Assembly (NCBI GenBank): GCA_028713345.1
Contig: JAQTOM010000002.1
Span: 1-39,374, forward strand
DNA: 39,374 nucleotides
Direction of reading: 5' to 3'
Origin: Gallionellaceae bacterium
GTDB taxonomy: Bacteria; Pseudomonadota; Gammaproteobacteria; Burkholderiales; Gallionellaceae
Below the pieces are notes generated by a model that did not search any database, was not told where the DNA came from, and saw only the letters and a list, made by a program, of their open reading frames with translations. Within the stretch, counting starts at the first letter, position 1; every line of letters starts with the position of its first letter. Positions 14,726 through 27,465 of this stretch are shown here, piece by piece. Both the position numbers and the translations under genes were made by a program.

Positions 14726-16659
14726 GCGCTTTGCTGTTCTTTCTCTCCACCCTGAGCCGTTATGGCGGGCAGCTTTGCCGCAGTACTTTGAAACCCGCGT
14801 TTCAGGTGCACCAGTAATAACGATATTGCTGCTGGTGTCATGCCGGAAATGCGCGTTGCCTGCCCTACCGTTTCTGGCATGTGCTGGTTGAGTTTTTGCT
14901 GCACTTCGATTGAGAGACCGCGCACTGTGCGATAGTCCATGGCTGGTGGTAACGCCATATTTTCGTAGTGTTCATTGCGTGCGATCTCATCGCGTTGACG
15001 TTCAATATAGCCATGGTATTTGGCCTGAATTTCTACCTGCTCTGCCACTTTTTCGTCGGCAACCGGGTCACCCGCGCCCGGCAACTTCATCAAATCGGCA
15101 TAACTCACATCCGGGCGGCGCAATAACTCGTGCAGCGCATATTCCCGTTCTATGTTTTTGCCCAGTACACGCTCAATATCTTCCTGCGCCAGCATCTTCG
15201 GGTTAACCCAGACGGATTTCAGCCGTTCCTGCTCACGTGCAATTGCCGTGCGCTTTTGCTCGAACGCCTGCCAACGGATCTCGTCTACCACGCCCAGACG
15301 ACGGCCAATTTCCGTTAGCCGCAAATCAGCATTATCTTCACGTAGCTGCAAGCGGTACTCGGCCCGGCTGGTAAACATGCGGTATGGCTCTGACACGCCA
15401 CGCGTAACCAGATCATCTACCATCACGCCCAGATAGGCTTCATCGCGGCCTGGGCACCAGCTTTCTTCCCCCCGTGCACGCAAACCAGCATTAATGCCTG
15501 CCAACAAACCTTGTGCAGCGGCTTCTTCGTAACCCGTGGTGCCGTTGATCTGTCCGGCAAAAAACAAACCTTCAATGGCCTTGGTTTCCAGCGAGCGTTT
15601 CAATCCACATGGATCAAAGTAATCATATTCAATGGCATAACCCGGGCGCGTAATATGTGCATTTTCCAGCCCCTTGATGGAGCGCACCAGCTCCAGTTGC
15701 ACATCAAATGGCAGGCTGGTGGAAATTCCATTAGGGTAAATTTCGTGGGTACTCAGCCCTTCCGGCTCCAGGAATATCTGGTGCGATGTTCTGTCGGCAA
15801 AACGCGTAATCTTGTCTTCGATGGACGGGCAATAGCGCGGCCCTACACCCTCAATTACGCCGGTAAACAGCGGTGAGCGATCCAGGCCGCTACGAATAAT
15901 GTCATGTGTGCGCGGGTTGGTGTGGGTAATCCAGCACGGCAATTGCTGCGGGTGTTGCTGTGCCTGCCCCAGAAAGGAAAATACCGGCACCGGTATGTCA
16001 CCAGGCTGCTCGACCATTACCGAATAATCCACACTACGGCCATCAATGCGGGGTGGGGTGCCTGTTTTCAGCCTGCCTGCCGGCAAATCAAGTTCACGCA
16101 ACCGGTGTGCCAGGCGAATCGACGGCGGGTCACCTGCCCGGCCAGCTTGATAATTGGCTTGACCGATATGGATCAAGCCAGACAAGAAAGTACCGGTAGT
16201 TAATACCACAGTTTTTGCGGAAAAATGCAAGCCAAGCTGGGTTACAGCCCCACATATCCGATTGCCATCAACCAGCAAGTCATCCACTGCCTGCTGGAAC
16301 AACCAGAGGTTGGGTTGGTTTTCCAATCGCTCCCGAATAGCTTGTTTGTATAAAGCACGGTCAGCCTGGGCGCGGGTCGCACGCACTGCATGCCCTTTGG
16401 AAGCGTTGAGAATACGGAACTGGATACCCGCAATATCGGTGGCCGCAGCCATGGCTCCACCCAAGGCGTCCACCTCCTTGACTAAATGCCCCTTACCAAT
16501 ACCGCCGATGGAGGGGTTGCACGACATGAGCCCGAGAGTTTCAATGTTGTGCGTAAGCAATAACGTGGTACAACCCATGCGCGCACTGGCAAGCGCCGCT
16601 TCCGTTCCCGCATGGCCGCCACCCACAACAATTACATCGAATTTTTCCGGGAAATTCAT
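14722..16659 (-). CDS. mnmG: tRNA uridine 5-carboxymethylaminomethyl modification enzyme MnmG (GidA)
   Basis: [70 protein letters not shown]. The track start 16689 adds 10 aa not seen in homologues. Confidence 0.95.
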   Translation of the reverse strand: MNFPEKFDVIVVGGGHAGTEAALASARMGCTTLLLTHNIETLGLMSCNPSIGGIGKGHLVKEVDALGGAMAAATDIAGIQFRILNASKGHAVRATRAQADRALYKQAIRERLENQPNLWLFQQAVDDLLVDGNRICGAVTQLGLHFSAKTVVLTTGTFLSGLIHIGQANYQAGRAGDPPSIRLAHRLRELDLPAGRLKTGTPPRIDGRSVDYSVMVEQPGDIPVPVFSFLGQAQQHPQQLPCWITHTNPRTHDIIRSGLDRSPLFTGVIEGVGPRYCPSIEDKITRFADRTSHQIFLEPEGLSTHEIYPNGISTSLPFDVQLELVRSIKGLENAHITRPGYAIEYDYFDPCGLKRSLETKAIEGLFFAGQINGTTGYEEAAAQGLLAGINAGLRARGEESWCPGRDEAYLGVMVDDLVTRGVSEPYRMFTSRAEYRLQLREDNADLRLTEIGRRLGVVDEIRWQAFEQKRTAIAREQERLKSVWVNPKMLAQEDIERVLGKNIEREYALHELLRRPDVSYADLMKLPGAGDPVADEKVAEQVEIQAKYHGYIERQRDEIARNEHYENMALPPAMDYRTVRGLSIEVQQKLNQHMPETVGQATRISGMTPAAISLLLVHLKRGFQSTAAKLPAITAQGGEKEQQSA

Positions 16660-16734
16660 TTGCCTGCTTGCTGAAACGAAGGGGCGCATAATACATCAAA
16701 ATGGAGCTGGCGCAGAAGGAGCAATTGCCCTGTA

Positions 16735-16750
16735 TGTTTCACGTGAAACA
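16735..16750. other. parS: parS centromere-like site (perfect match to TGTTNCACGTGAAACA)
   Basis: TGTTTCACGTGAAACA is a 16-bp perfect palindrome. It lies 5 nt past the mnmE stop and 76 nt upstream of the mnmG ATG. An identical copy is at 23284-23299. Confidence 0.88.
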
Positions 16751-16754
16751 TGAA

Positions 16755-18095
16755 TCATTTACCAATGCAGAATCGGCTGAATATCTCACCAAGCAAGTCG
16801 TCAGGGGTAAATTCACCGGTAATGGAATTGAGAAATTCTTGGGCGAGGCGCAATTCTTCGGCAAAAATTTCTGCCCTGCCCATTTCATTTGCAGCCAGTT
16901 GCAAATGCTCACGCGCTGCCAGCAATGCACGCACGTGGCGCTCACGCGCCATAAATACCCCAGCTTCCTGGTGCCAGCCAATCAATGCGAGCAGCTTATC
17001 GCGCAATATCTCCATCCCGGAGCCGGTTTTGGCGGATAGGTAGATATGGCACTCGCTTCCCTGCTGTTCCGCATACGCGGGTTGGCCGAGCAAATCAACT
17101 TTGTTAAAAACAAGTAACCGTGGGATGCCTGATGGCAAGTCGTCGAGGATTTTCCTGTCATCCAAACTCATGCCCTGAGTGGCGTCCAGCAAAATCAAGA
17201 TGGCGTCCGCCTTTTTCATTGCGCTATGCGTGCGTGCAATGCCCATCTGCTCCACTATATCCTGCGTTACGCGCAAGCCGGCTGTATCAATAATATGCAA
17301 CGGTACCCCGCCGATCTGGATAGCCTGGCGAATAGCGTCGCGCGTAGTGCCAGGAATTTCGCTGACCAATGCGATATCCTCGCCGCTTAACCGGTTGAGC
17401 AGGCTGGACTTGCCGACATTGGGTTGTCCAACCAGGACAATGTGTGCACCTTCGCGCAACAAGCTGCCTTGTTGTGCCAATTTCAGGATTTTTTCCAACC
17501 CTTTGCTCACCAAACCTAATTGAGCACTGCGCCGTACGTTATCCGGTACTTCGATTTCTTCCTCTGGGAAATCCAGCATGGCTTCTACTAACATGCGCAA
17601 CTGGATCAACTCTTTCACTAACTGGTGAATTTCCCGTGAAAACTCACCCTGTAATGAGCGCAAGGCACTGCGTGCGGCTTGACTGGTTGTGGCATCAATC
17701 AAATCGGCCACGCCTTCTGCCTGCGCTAGGTCAAGCTTGTCATTGAGGAATGCGCGTTGAGTAAATTCGCCTGGCTGTGCAATGCGGGCACCTAATTCGA
17801 AACAGCGTTGTAATACTAATTGCAAAACAGCCGTGCCGCCATGGCCTTGCAATTCCAACACGTCTTCGCCGGTATATGAATGCGGTGCCGGAAAGAACAG
17901 GGCAATGCCCTGGTCAATGGCCAGCCCTTGCGCATCAAGGAATGAGGAATAGGCTGCGCATCGCGGGGCGGGTGCTTTACCCAGCACCGCCACTGCCAGT
18001 GGAGCGAGTCCACGCCCAGATACCCGAACAACGCCGATACCTCCACGCCCGGGGGCGGTAGCGATTGCGGCTATGGTATCAAGCCTTGGCAACAC
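16755..18095 (-). CDS. mnmE: tRNA modification GTPase MnmE (TrmE)
   Basis: [45 protein letters not shown], and the C-terminal FCIGK. GTG start overlapping the yidC stop. Confidence 0.95.
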   Translation of the reverse strand: MLPRLDTIAAIATAPGRGGIGVVRVSGRGLAPLAVAVLGKAPAPRCAAYSSFLDAQGLAIDQGIALFFPAPHSYTGEDVLELQGHGGTAVLQLVLQRCFELGARIAQPGEFTQRAFLNDKLDLAQAEGVADLIDATTSQAARSALRSLQGEFSREIHQLVKELIQLRMLVEAMLDFPEEEIEVPDNVRRSAQLGLVSKGLEKILKLAQQGSLLREGAHIVLVGQPNVGKSSLLNRLSGEDIALVSEIPGTTRDAIRQAIQIGGVPLHIIDTAGLRVTQDIVEQMGIARTHSAMKKADAILILLDATQGMSLDDRKILDDLPSGIPRLLVFNKVDLLGQPAYAEQQGSECHIYLSAKTGSGMEILRDKLLALIGWHQEAGVFMARERHVRALLAAREHLQLAANEMGRAEIFAEELRLAQEFLNSITGEFTPDDLLGEIFSRFCIGK

Positions 18096-19713
18096 CTTTG
18101 GCTTCGGCCTCCAGGCCGCGCGTGATATACCACTGCTGCACTATGGAAAGCACATTATTTACGATGGAATACAGCACCAGTCCGGCTGGAAAGAAGAAAA
18201 ATACTATGCTGAATACAATGGGCATAATCTGCATAAGCTTGGCTTGCAAAGGGTCAGGAGGGGTAGGATTCAGCTTTCCTTGCAACACCATGCTGACACC
18301 CATAATTAACGGTAACACGTAGTATGGGTCGGCGGCTGACAAGTCACTAATCCAACCAAAGAATGGGGCATAGCGCAATTCAACGCTCGCTAAAATAGCC
18401 CAGTACAATGAAATGAATACAGGGATCTGGATCAACACCGGCAAACACCCACCGAGAGGATTGATTTTCTCTGTTTTGTACAGTTCCATCATGGCCTTGT
18501 GCAGGCGCTCACGATCATCACCATACTGTTGCTTTATTTTCTCCAGTTTGGGTGCCACCACACGCATTTTTCCCATGGAACGATAACTGGCTGCCGACAA
18601 CGGGAAAAAGGCCAGCTTGATCAGCACGGTCAACAGAATAATGGCAACTCCCCAGTTGTGCACCCACCCCTGCAAAAAGGAAAGTAACCAGAATAACGGG
18701 GTGGCAATTATGGTCAACCAGCCATAGTCAACCGTCAACCCCAGTCCTGGCGCGATTTTATCCAATGACACCTGTGCTGGCCCTGCATACAGAGGTACGC
18801 CAACCTTGGCACTTTGCCCCGGTACAATAGTAGCAACAGGTAAAATGACACCTGCTGCATAGAGATCATTTTCCAACTGCTTGGTATAAAATTCCCGCTG
18901 AACTTTACCCTTCGGCAGCCAAGCGGCAACAAAATAATGCTGCAGCATACCCACCCAACCATTATCTGCTCGTTGTGGATAGTTAATTTTTCCCTTATCA
19001 ATATCGGAAAAATCCACTTTCTGAAACTTTTCCTGCTCAGTGAAAATGGCTGGACCAGTGTAAGTGGGTACAAACTGCGAGCCGCCTTCAGGAGGAATTT
19101 TATCGCGCAAAAATTGAAAATATACCGAGGGAGAAAGTGGAGCCGTCCCGTTATTTTCGATTTCATAATTCACATCAACCAAATAGCTGCCACGGTGAAA
19201 CACATATATTTTGCTTATCTTTGCACCAGTTACTTCCGTTGCCAGCAAACGAACTTCCAGAAAGTCTTTACCGTCTTCCAGACTGAACTCATTGGCCTGC
19301 GCCGTAAATATTGAATTATGTGTAGGCAATCCAGCACCTAGCAAGCCGGTTTGTGCAATGTAAGTGTGTTTTTTCCCCTCCTGCAGCAACACAAAAGATT
19401 TGCTTTTATCTTGAGCATCATGGTGTTGTAGGAATTCCAAGCGACGCAGATCTGCGCCTACCGTGCTGATTTCTGCAATCAGTTGGTCTGTTTTTACCGT
19501 TATTTTGTGTCCTACCTGGTGTTTCTGCTGTGCCACAACCTCAGTTTGGGCAGTCTTGCCCGCACTTGCCGCTACAACAGCTGACACACCAACTGACGAA
19601 GTAGCAACAGGTATAGTTTGCATTTCTGGGTGTTGTGAACGTTGCCAGCCATCCCACAACAAAAAAACCGAGAAGGAAAAAATAAGAAACAGAAAGAGTC
19701 GTTGAAAATCCAT
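18079..19713 (-). CDS. yidC: membrane protein insertase YidC
   Basis: 544 aa. N-terminal TM ([15 protein letters not shown]), a large periplasmic domain, and the conserved C-terminal core ([43 protein letters not shown]). Confidence 0.95.
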   Translation of the reverse strand: MDFQRLFLFLIFSFSVFLLWDGWQRSQHPEMQTIPVATSSVGVSAVVAASAGKTAQTEVVAQQKHQVGHKITVKTDQLIAEISTVGADLRRLEFLQHHDAQDKSKSFVLLQEGKKHTYIAQTGLLGAGLPTHNSIFTAQANEFSLEDGKDFLEVRLLATEVTGAKISKIYVFHRGSYLVDVNYEIENNGTAPLSPSVYFQFLRDKIPPEGGSQFVPTYTGPAIFTEQEKFQKVDFSDIDKGKINYPQRADNGWVGMLQHYFVAAWLPKGKVQREFYTKQLENDLYAAGVILPVATIVPGQSAKVGVPLYAGPAQVSLDKIAPGLGLTVDYGWLTIIATPLFWLLSFLQGWVHNWGVAIILLTVLIKLAFFPLSAASYRSMGKMRVVAPKLEKIKQQYGDDRERLHKAMMELYKTEKINPLGGCLPVLIQIPVFISLYWAILASVELRYAPFFGWISDLSAADPYYVLPLIMGVSMVLQGKLNPTPPDPLQAKLMQIMPIVFSIVFFFFPAGLVLYSIVNNVLSIVQQWYITRGLEAEAKGVAKA

Positions 19714-19733
19714 GTCGTTTCGTCTAGTTAAAT

Positions 19734-19943
19734 CTAAGGGGCGGGGTCATAGCCGCCCGGATTCCAAGGATTGCAGCGCATTATTCGCTTAATACCCAAC
19801 CATGTACCGTACCACGCACCATGCTTGGCGATAACCTCGCAAGCATAGTGGGAACACGTTGGAGTAAAACGACAAGTAGACGGCTTGAGCGGACTAAACA
19901 AGTATTGGTACACACTTATCAACCCAATTAAAATCTGCCGCAT
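19734..19943 (-). CDS. yidD: membrane protein insertion efficiency factor YidD
   Basis: [31 protein letters not shown]...HG, 69 aa. Its ATG overlaps the rnpA TGA (TGATG). The track ORF is over-extended to 20069. Confidence 0.9.
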   Translation of the reverse strand: MRQILIGLISVYQYLFSPLKPSTCRFTPTCSHYACEVIAKHGAWYGTWLGIKRIMRCNPWNPGGYDPAP

Positions 19944-20305
19944 CACCTCTGTACAACAGCCTGTAATAGTTGTGCCAAAGCCAGCCGTCCTTCTCTTGAA
20001 GTGCATGGGTTTAATTGTCGCTTTGCCCGGACTACCACGTCCAAAGCGCAGTTTTCTGGCAAACTGCACCTGAATACCTCTCTAACCAAGCGCTTGGCAA
20101 AGTTTCTAGATACGGCTTTGGGCATGATTTTCTTGCTGGCTATTACCCCAAGACGAGCGATACTACCTTCGTTTTTATGCACATAAACTGCAAACCATTT
20201 ATTGGTCAAGCAGTTGGCACGAAGCGCCCGTTCAAATTCTGAGCGTTGTCTTAATCGGCTATGAGAAGATAAAGTTTGCTTTGGCCTAGACAGCAAGACG
20301 CGCAC
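19943..20305 (-). CDS. rnpA: ribonuclease P protein component
   Basis: [34 protein letters not shown], and the conserved position between rpmH and yidD. ATG 20305 would overlap rpmH by 20 nt, so the true start may be a downstream non-ATG codon. Confidence 0.85.
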   Translation of the reverse strand: MRVLLSRPKQTLSSHSRLRQRSEFERALRANCLTNKWFAVYVHKNEGSIARLGVIASKKIMPKAVSRNFAKRLVREVFRCSLPENCALDVVVRAKRQLNPCTSREGRLALAQLLQAVVQR

Positions 20306-20420
20306 GGCCCTTGGCTCTACGAGCCTTAATCACAGCTCTTCCGCCTTGAGTTTTCATGCGAACCAGAAATCCATGTGTACGTTTTCTTTTGGTAACGGAA
20401 GGTTGATAAGTGCGTTTCAT
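20286..20420 (-). CDS. rpmH: 50S ribosomal protein L34
   Basis: Not in the ORF track (44 aa). Reverse-complement translation: [44 protein letters not shown]. Confidence 0.95.
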   Translation of the reverse strand: MKRTYQPSVTKRKRTHGFLVRMKTQGGRAVIKARRAKGRARLAV

Positions 20421-20502
20421 AATTAATGCCCCTAGTAATTTAGAACTTGAAAACCCGCGATTACAATATGTACCGAGCCTTATGTCAAGCTTAATTTTCT
20501 CC

Positions 20503-20533
20503 TGTGGATAACTTTTTGCCTTGCAGGTAGAAT
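20503..20533 (+). promoter_or_regulatory. perfect DnaA box (TGTGGATAA, 20503-20511) overlapping a candidate dnaA promoter (TGGATA-n17-TAGAAT)
   Basis: Direct read of cc-TGTGGATAA-ctttttgccttgcagg-TAGAAT. The -35-like hexamer is at 20505-20510 and the -10 at 20528-20533. This is the classical autoregulatory arrangement. Confidence 0.6.
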
Positions 20534-20571
20534 GTGCTCATAGCTAACCTTTGCATTTTGCCAAGAAAATT

Positions 20572-21924
20572 ATGCTGGATAAAACCTTGTGGGATTCATG
20601 CCTTCATTTCTTTGAAGGTAGTTTACCGCCGCAACAATTCAATTCCTGGATCAAACCGCTAATTTTTGAAATCAACGGTAATCTGATTACACTAACCGCA
20701 CCCAACAGCTTTACACTAAAGCTTGTCCAAGAACGTTTTTTACCAGAAATTATTAAACACGCGGAATCCTTTCTTTCAGGCACACCCTGCTTTGATTTTC
20801 GTATTAAAAAAAAATCTCCTTCTTCCCCATCTACAAAATCACAAACATTTGCAACTGAAGTTATTCAGCCAGAAATTCCGCCTTTACCCAAAACACATAA
20901 AAACCAAAATAAACTCAATCCACAACTTTCCTTTGAAAATTTTGTTATTGGCAAAGCAAATCAATTGGCACATGCCGCAGCAATACAAGTTGCCGAATCC
21001 CCAGGGTTAATATACAACCCATTGTTTATTTACGGCGGAGTTGGATTGGGGAAAACACATTTAATCCAGTCAATCGGTAATTACATGAAAAATAAGAATG
21101 TGCATGCAAAAGTTTGCTATGTACACGCGACTAATTATGTTTCGGATGTTGTACGTGCTGTTCAAACAAAAAAATTTGATGAATTTAAACAGTTTTACAA
21201 TACATTGGATTTGCTATTAATCGATGATATCCAATTTATTGCCGATAAGCCGGGTACACAACAAGAATTTTTCTATACGCTCAACTCATTGATTGACAAC
21301 CATAAACAAGTCGTTATTACCTGTGATACATTTCCAAAAGAAATATCTGGAATGACGCCCCGGTTAACCACGCGATTTAGCTGGGGATTGACAGTAGCTG
21401 TAGAACCGCCCGGTTTAGAAATGAGGGTAGCAATTTTATTACAAAAATCTTCCTGTTCAAACAATCCGATAGACGAAGATGTTGCCTTTTTTATCGCTAA
21501 ACATATTCGTTCCAATATCCGTGAATTGGAAGGCGCATTAAAACGCATAGAGGCTTATTCTAAATTTCATAAGCGTACTATTACGGTAGAACTTGCCAAA
21601 GAAGCGCTAAAAGATTTGTTAGCCTCTCAAAATAAACAAGTCTCTATAGAAAATATTCAAAAAACGGTAGCTGATTTTTACCGCATAAAAGTAGTTGATC
21701 TACTTTCAAAAAAACGCTCTCGTATAATTGCCCGGCCCCGGCAAATTGCTATGTGTTTAGCAAGAGAATTAACCCAATTAAGCTTACCTGAAATTGGAGC
21801 TGCTTTTGGGGATCGCGACCATACAACGGTTATGTATGCTTGTAAAACAATAGAAAATTTACGGAACCAAGATACTGTACTCAACACAAATTTTAACTTA
21901 CTTAACCAAACCTTACGAAATTAA
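20572..21924 (+). CDS. dnaA: chromosomal replication initiator protein DnaA
   Basis: LWDSCLHFFEGSLPPQQFNSWIKPL (domain I), NPLFIYGGVGLGKTHL (Walker A), LLLIDDIQF, RSNIRELEGAL, IARPRQIAMCLARELT..SLPEIGAAFGDRDHTTVMYA (domain IV). The track start 20551 is a TTG; ATG 20572 is preferred. Confidence 0.95.
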   Translation: MLDKTLWDSCLHFFEGSLPPQQFNSWIKPLIFEINGNLITLTAPNSFTLKLVQERFLPEIIKHAESFLSGTPCFDFRIKKKSPSSPSTKSQTFATEVIQPEIPPLPKTHKNQNKLNPQLSFENFVIGKANQLAHAAAIQVAESPGLIYNPLFIYGGVGLGKTHLIQSIGNYMKNKNVHAKVCYVHATNYVSDVVRAVQTKKFDEFKQFYNTLDLLLIDDIQFIADKPGTQQEFFYTLNSLIDNHKQVVITCDTFPKEISGMTPRLTTRFSWGLTVAVEPPGLEMRVAILLQKSSCSNNPIDEDVAFFIAKHIRSNIRELEGALKRIEAYSKFHKRTITVELAKEALKDLLASQNKQVSIENIQKTVADFYRIKVVDLLSKKRSRIIARPRQIAMCLARELTQLSLPEIGAAFGDRDHTTVMYACKTIENLRNQDTVLNTNFNLLNQTLRN

Positions 21925-22154
21925 TATTACCTGGATAATTATAAATTTATATGATTCATATTGGTATATACATATCATTTGTGAATATCTATTAAAAATA
22001 TTTTTTTTACAAAGTTATATACATATTGTTTCTCTTAAAAAATAATCTAAATCCACAATTTTTACACATGATAACTTGTTAAAGTTAAAGAAAAATATAG
22101 TGTTATTAACCGCATAACACCCAATTATTATTATTGTTTAAGGATATATAAAGA
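21925..22154. other. oriC: candidate oriC / DNA-unwinding region in the dnaA-dnaN spacer
   Basis: A 230-bp, extremely AT-rich spacer. Four DnaA-box-like 9-mers each have 2 mismatches: cCTGGATAA 21930-38, TGTGaATAt 21980-88, TTATatACA 22015-23, aaATCCACA 22049-57. There are A/T runs such as attaaaaatatttttttta. Confidence 0.4.
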
Positions 22155-23261
22155 ATGTTTATTGAAAAGATTGATAGGGATGTATTACTAAAACCACTTC
22201 AAATAGTAATTGGCATTGTTGAGCGTAAACAACCACTTCCTATTTTATCTAATGTATTGATAGAAAAAACGGGACCAACTTTACGCTTTGTGGCAACTGA
22301 TCTAGAAATTCAAATTACAACACAGATTGAGTGTACTGATCAGACAGAATCAGATGCGGCAATTACTGTAGCCGCAAAAAAACTACAAGAGATACTCAGA
22401 GTACTGCCAGAAGGAAGTAAAGTCACTTTGGATATTCAGGATAATCGTCTTCAAGTAAAAGCAAATAAAAGTAAATTCAATTTACAAACTTTACCGGCAC
22501 AGGATTTCCCGAAAGTAGGGGAACAATTAGAGCAAGTAGAAAAGGTACAAATTGAACAAAGGCAATTAAAAAAATTGTTAAGTATGGTTCAGTATGCCAT
22601 GGCTCAGCAAGATATTCGTTATTATTTGAATGGGATTCTTTTAGTAGTTGATGGCAATTTTTTAAAACTTATAGCAACAGACGGACATCGTCTTGCTTTT
22701 ACTAGCATTAAAACAGATATAACTTACACAAAACATGAAGTTATTCTTCCTCGTAAAACAGTTACTGAACTAGGTAAATTGCTGGCTGATACAGAAGAAA
22801 AAATAACATTTGAACTAGCAGAAAATAAAGTCAGGATTACATTTTCAGATATTATTCTAACTACTAAAGTAATTGATGGTAAATTTCCAGATTATGAACG
22901 TGTCATCCCGAATTACACTAATCATCTTGCATTGGATAGGCTAACCATATTACAAGCATTGCAGCGTGCGGCAATACTTTCTAATGAAAAATTCAGAGGG
23001 GTACGTTTTGTTCTTACAGAGAAAAATTTACGCATAATAAGCAGTAATAGCGAACAAGAAGAAGCACAAGAAGACTTGGAAACCGATTACCATGGGGTTG
23101 CACTGGATATTGGATTTAACGTTAATTACTTGATGGATGGATTAAATAACTCACCTGAACAAACAGTAATATTTTCATTTGGTGATCCTAATAGTAGTAT
23201 TTTAATAACCGTACCAAATAATAATGAATTTAAGTACGTTGTCATGCCAATGCGAATATAA
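22155..23261 (+). CDS. dnaN: DNA polymerase III beta sliding clamp
   Basis: 368 aa. LLKPLQIVIGIVERKQPLPILSNVLIE, ATDGHRLA, DGKFPDYERVIP, YVVMPMRI C-terminus. Confidence 0.95.
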   Translation: MFIEKIDRDVLLKPLQIVIGIVERKQPLPILSNVLIEKTGPTLRFVATDLEIQITTQIECTDQTESDAAITVAAKKLQEILRVLPEGSKVTLDIQDNRLQVKANKSKFNLQTLPAQDFPKVGEQLEQVEKVQIEQRQLKKLLSMVQYAMAQQDIRYYLNGILLVVDGNFLKLIATDGHRLAFTSIKTDITYTKHEVILPRKTVTELGKLLADTEEKITFELAENKVRITFSDIILTTKVIDGKFPDYERVIPNYTNHLALDRLTILQALQRAAILSNEKFRGVRFVLTEKNLRIISSNSEQEEAQEDLETDYHGVALDIGFNVNYLMDGLNNSPEQTVIFSFGDPNSSILITVPNNNEFKYVVMPMRI

Positions 23262-23283
23262 ATTACCCCGGCATTAATTTAGT

Positions 23284-23299
23284 TGTTTCACGTGAAACA
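23284..23299. other. parS: parS centromere-like site (perfect)
   Basis: TGTTTCACGTGAAACA in the dnaN-gyrB spacer, 27 nt upstream of the gyrB ATG. Identical to 16735-16750. Confidence 0.88.
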
Positions 23300-23319
23300 A
23301 AATTAAAAAATTATAGTGA

Positions 23320-25707
<2,388 letters not shown>

Positions 25708-25797
25708 CCGGTTTAGTGCAGATTTCCAATCCTGTTCGGCATTGTCTATTTCTTGCTGATTACATTTCAAACGACTTTCATAAGTTATCGTTACCGT

Positions 25798-25827
25798 TTG
25801 ACTTAACAAGCTTTTTTAATTTATAGT
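25798..25827 (+). promoter_or_regulatory. candidate sigma70 promoter TTGACT-n18-TATAGT, placed so the transcript would start at or near ATG 25835 (leaderless)
   Basis: Direct read. The -10 ends 7 nt before the ATG. No SD is present upstream of ATG 25835 or GTG 25826. Confidence 0.35.
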
Positions 25828-25834
25828 GCGTCTC

Positions 25835-26035
25835 ATGCAAACAGAATTGGACGCGTTAGAAGGTAAGTTGGCTCAACTAGTACAGTTAAGCCAGCGTCTA
25901 CGTGCAGAAAATCACCAATTGCGCCAAGAGTTGGCAACAGCCTTAAGCCAAGGGCGCCTATCCAACGACAAAATGGAAAGCGCGCGCAAGCACTTGGAAA
26001 ATTTGCTGGCTCAACTCCCCGAAGATATTGCATGA
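25835..26035 (+). CDS. small coiled-coil protein upstream of zapA (ZapB-like / conserved zapA-associated family)
   Basis: MQTELDALEGKLAQLVQLSQRLRAENHQLRQELATAL... has a heptad-like pattern. Its stop overlaps the zapA ATG (ATGA). As I recall, a small coiled-coil gene precedes zapA in many beta- and gammaproteobacteria. Confidence 0.7.
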   Translation: MQTELDALEGKLAQLVQLSQRLRAENHQLRQELATALSQGRLSNDKMESARKHLENLLAQLPEDIA

Positions 26036-26346
26036 GCACCGACAAAATTAAAACGCTGGATGTCTTTATTCTCGATCGTGAATTTCGTGTCACTTGCCCG
26101 GAAGATGAGCGGGCTGAATTGCTTGAAGCTGTTTCCTATCTCGACAAAAAAATGCGTGAGATACGGGATACTGGAAAGGTTACCTCAGTAGAGCGCATTG
26201 CCATCATGGCCGCCTTGAATATTACCCATGAGTTATTAACCACGCGCCTTGGAACCGGTTTTGACATGGGTGAATTTAAGCATAAAATAAATCTTATGCA
26301 GGCGACCATCGATGCGACACTCGCAGAACAGGATGAGTTATTTTAG
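26032..26346 (+). CDS. zapA: cell division protein ZapA
   Basis: 104 aa. LDVFILDREFRVTCPEDERAELLEAVSYLDKKMREIRD..KVTSVERIAIMAALNITHELL. Confidence 0.9.
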   Translation: MSTDKIKTLDVFILDREFRVTCPEDERAELLEAVSYLDKKMREIRDTGKVTSVERIAIMAALNITHELLTTRLGTGFDMGEFKHKINLMQATIDATLAEQDELF

Positions 26347-26408
26347 GTTTACCCATGTAATATTTGTGAAGTCAACTCTGTTTTGTGAGAAGTTCGACTA
26401 AAAATTAT

Positions 26409-27266
26409 CTACACCAACTTTCCTCCACTTACCCGTTCTATTCCTGCTAGATCGCATACCGAGAATATCTCGCCAAAACCATTTTGTTGAAGTAACTCAC
26501 GTGCCAGCACAGCTTGATCATAGCCATGTTCGAGCAGTAGCCATCCTCCGCAATCAAGGTATGGCTTGGCATGGATGATGATATGGCGAATATCGCGCAG
26601 GCCATCGTCGCCTGAAGCCAGCGCGAAAGGTGGCTCAAAGCGCACATCACCATATTGCAAATGTGGATCACCCTCCTTAACATAAGGCGGATTGGATACA
26701 ATAAGATCAAAAAGTTGTGCGTCGAGTGCGCCAAACCAATCGCTTTGCATAAAAAATACGTTGTCGATACCCAACCGCTGCGCATTCATGCGTGCCACAT
26801 CCAGTGCCGCAACAGACACGTCACAAGCCAGTATTTTGACAGCAGGGCGATTGTGCGCCATAGCCAAGGCTATGGCGCCACTGCCTGTGCCTAGGTCCAG
26901 CACCCGGCACTTGTCATGCGGCAAGATGCGCTGCAATGCCAGTTCGACCAGCAATTCAGTTTCGGGGCGCGGGATTAGCGTGGCAGGTGATACCTTGAAT
27001 TTCAGTCCAAAGAATTCGCGCTCGCCGAGCAGATAAGCGATGGGTTCGCCATGCAGGCGACGTTGCATTAATGCGTCATGATCAGCTTGCTGGGTCTCAC
27101 TGAGAACAGCCTCGGGATGTGCCAGTAGCCAGGCACGTGAAGTCTTCAGCACATGCTGCAACAGATATTGCACTTCGAGGCGTGCACTGGCAACATCGAG
27201 CAACAAAGCTTCTGCCAGCTTTGCAGCATCCCATAGCAGAATTTGCTGAATAGTATTTGATGGCAT
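26409..27266 (-). CDS. prmC: peptide chain release factor N5-glutamine methyltransferase PrmC (HemK)
   Basis: EPIAYLLGEREFFGL.F.VSPATLIPRPETELLVE, VLDLGTGSGAIALA, LIVSNPPYV (NPPY motif). Confidence 0.92.
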   Translation of the reverse strand: MPSNTIQQILLWDAAKLAEALLLDVASARLEVQYLLQHVLKTSRAWLLAHPEAVLSETQQADHDALMQRRLHGEPIAYLLGEREFFGLKFKVSPATLIPRPETELLVELALQRILPHDKCRVLDLGTGSGAIALAMAHNRPAVKILACDVSVAALDVARMNAQRLGIDNVFFMQSDWFGALDAQLFDLIVSNPPYVKEGDPHLQYGDVRFEPPFALASGDDGLRDIRHIIIHAKPYLDCGGWLLLEHGYDQAVLARELLQQNGFGEIFSVCDLAGIERVSGGKLV

Positions 27267-27465
27267 GGCCTGTTTAAATATGTGTAAATCTGGGGGTTGG
27301 GTTTTGACCCATTTCCAGTGTAAGCTGGATCAATTCGCAAGACAAATTGCTTTTCGAATTTAAGCAGTGTGCTGGGATTCAGGACGCCATTTAAGGTACC
27401 CTTCTGAAACAAAGGTGCGAAGTACCGGTATCTATTAGTTGTTGCACTTCGGGTTTAAATCCGCC

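Noticed and set aside
16733-16752. The GTTTCACGTGAAAC palindrome considered as a rho-independent terminator for mnmE, or as the operator of an unknown regulator shared by mnmG and gyrB.
   Set aside because: A palindrome with no loop and no T-tract is a poor terminator. The 16-mer is an exact match to the ParB parS consensus, and parAB is encoded 3.4 kb away.
17628-17643. Degenerate parS-like sequence AATTTCCCGTGAAAAC inside mnmE, and the half-site TGTTTCAC at 24121-24128 inside gyrB.
   Set aside because: The first has five mismatches to the consensus and the second is a half-site only. Both lie within coding sequence, so they fit chance better than function.
26347-26540. An expected 6S RNA gene (ssrS) downstream of zapA, as in the common zapA-ssrS-ygfA arrangement.
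   Set aside because: Only 62 nt separate the zapA stop from the convergent prmC stop. The following DNA encodes the PrmC C-terminus on the other strand. I see no 6S-like long closing stem or central bubble, so ssrS is presumably elsewhere in the genome.
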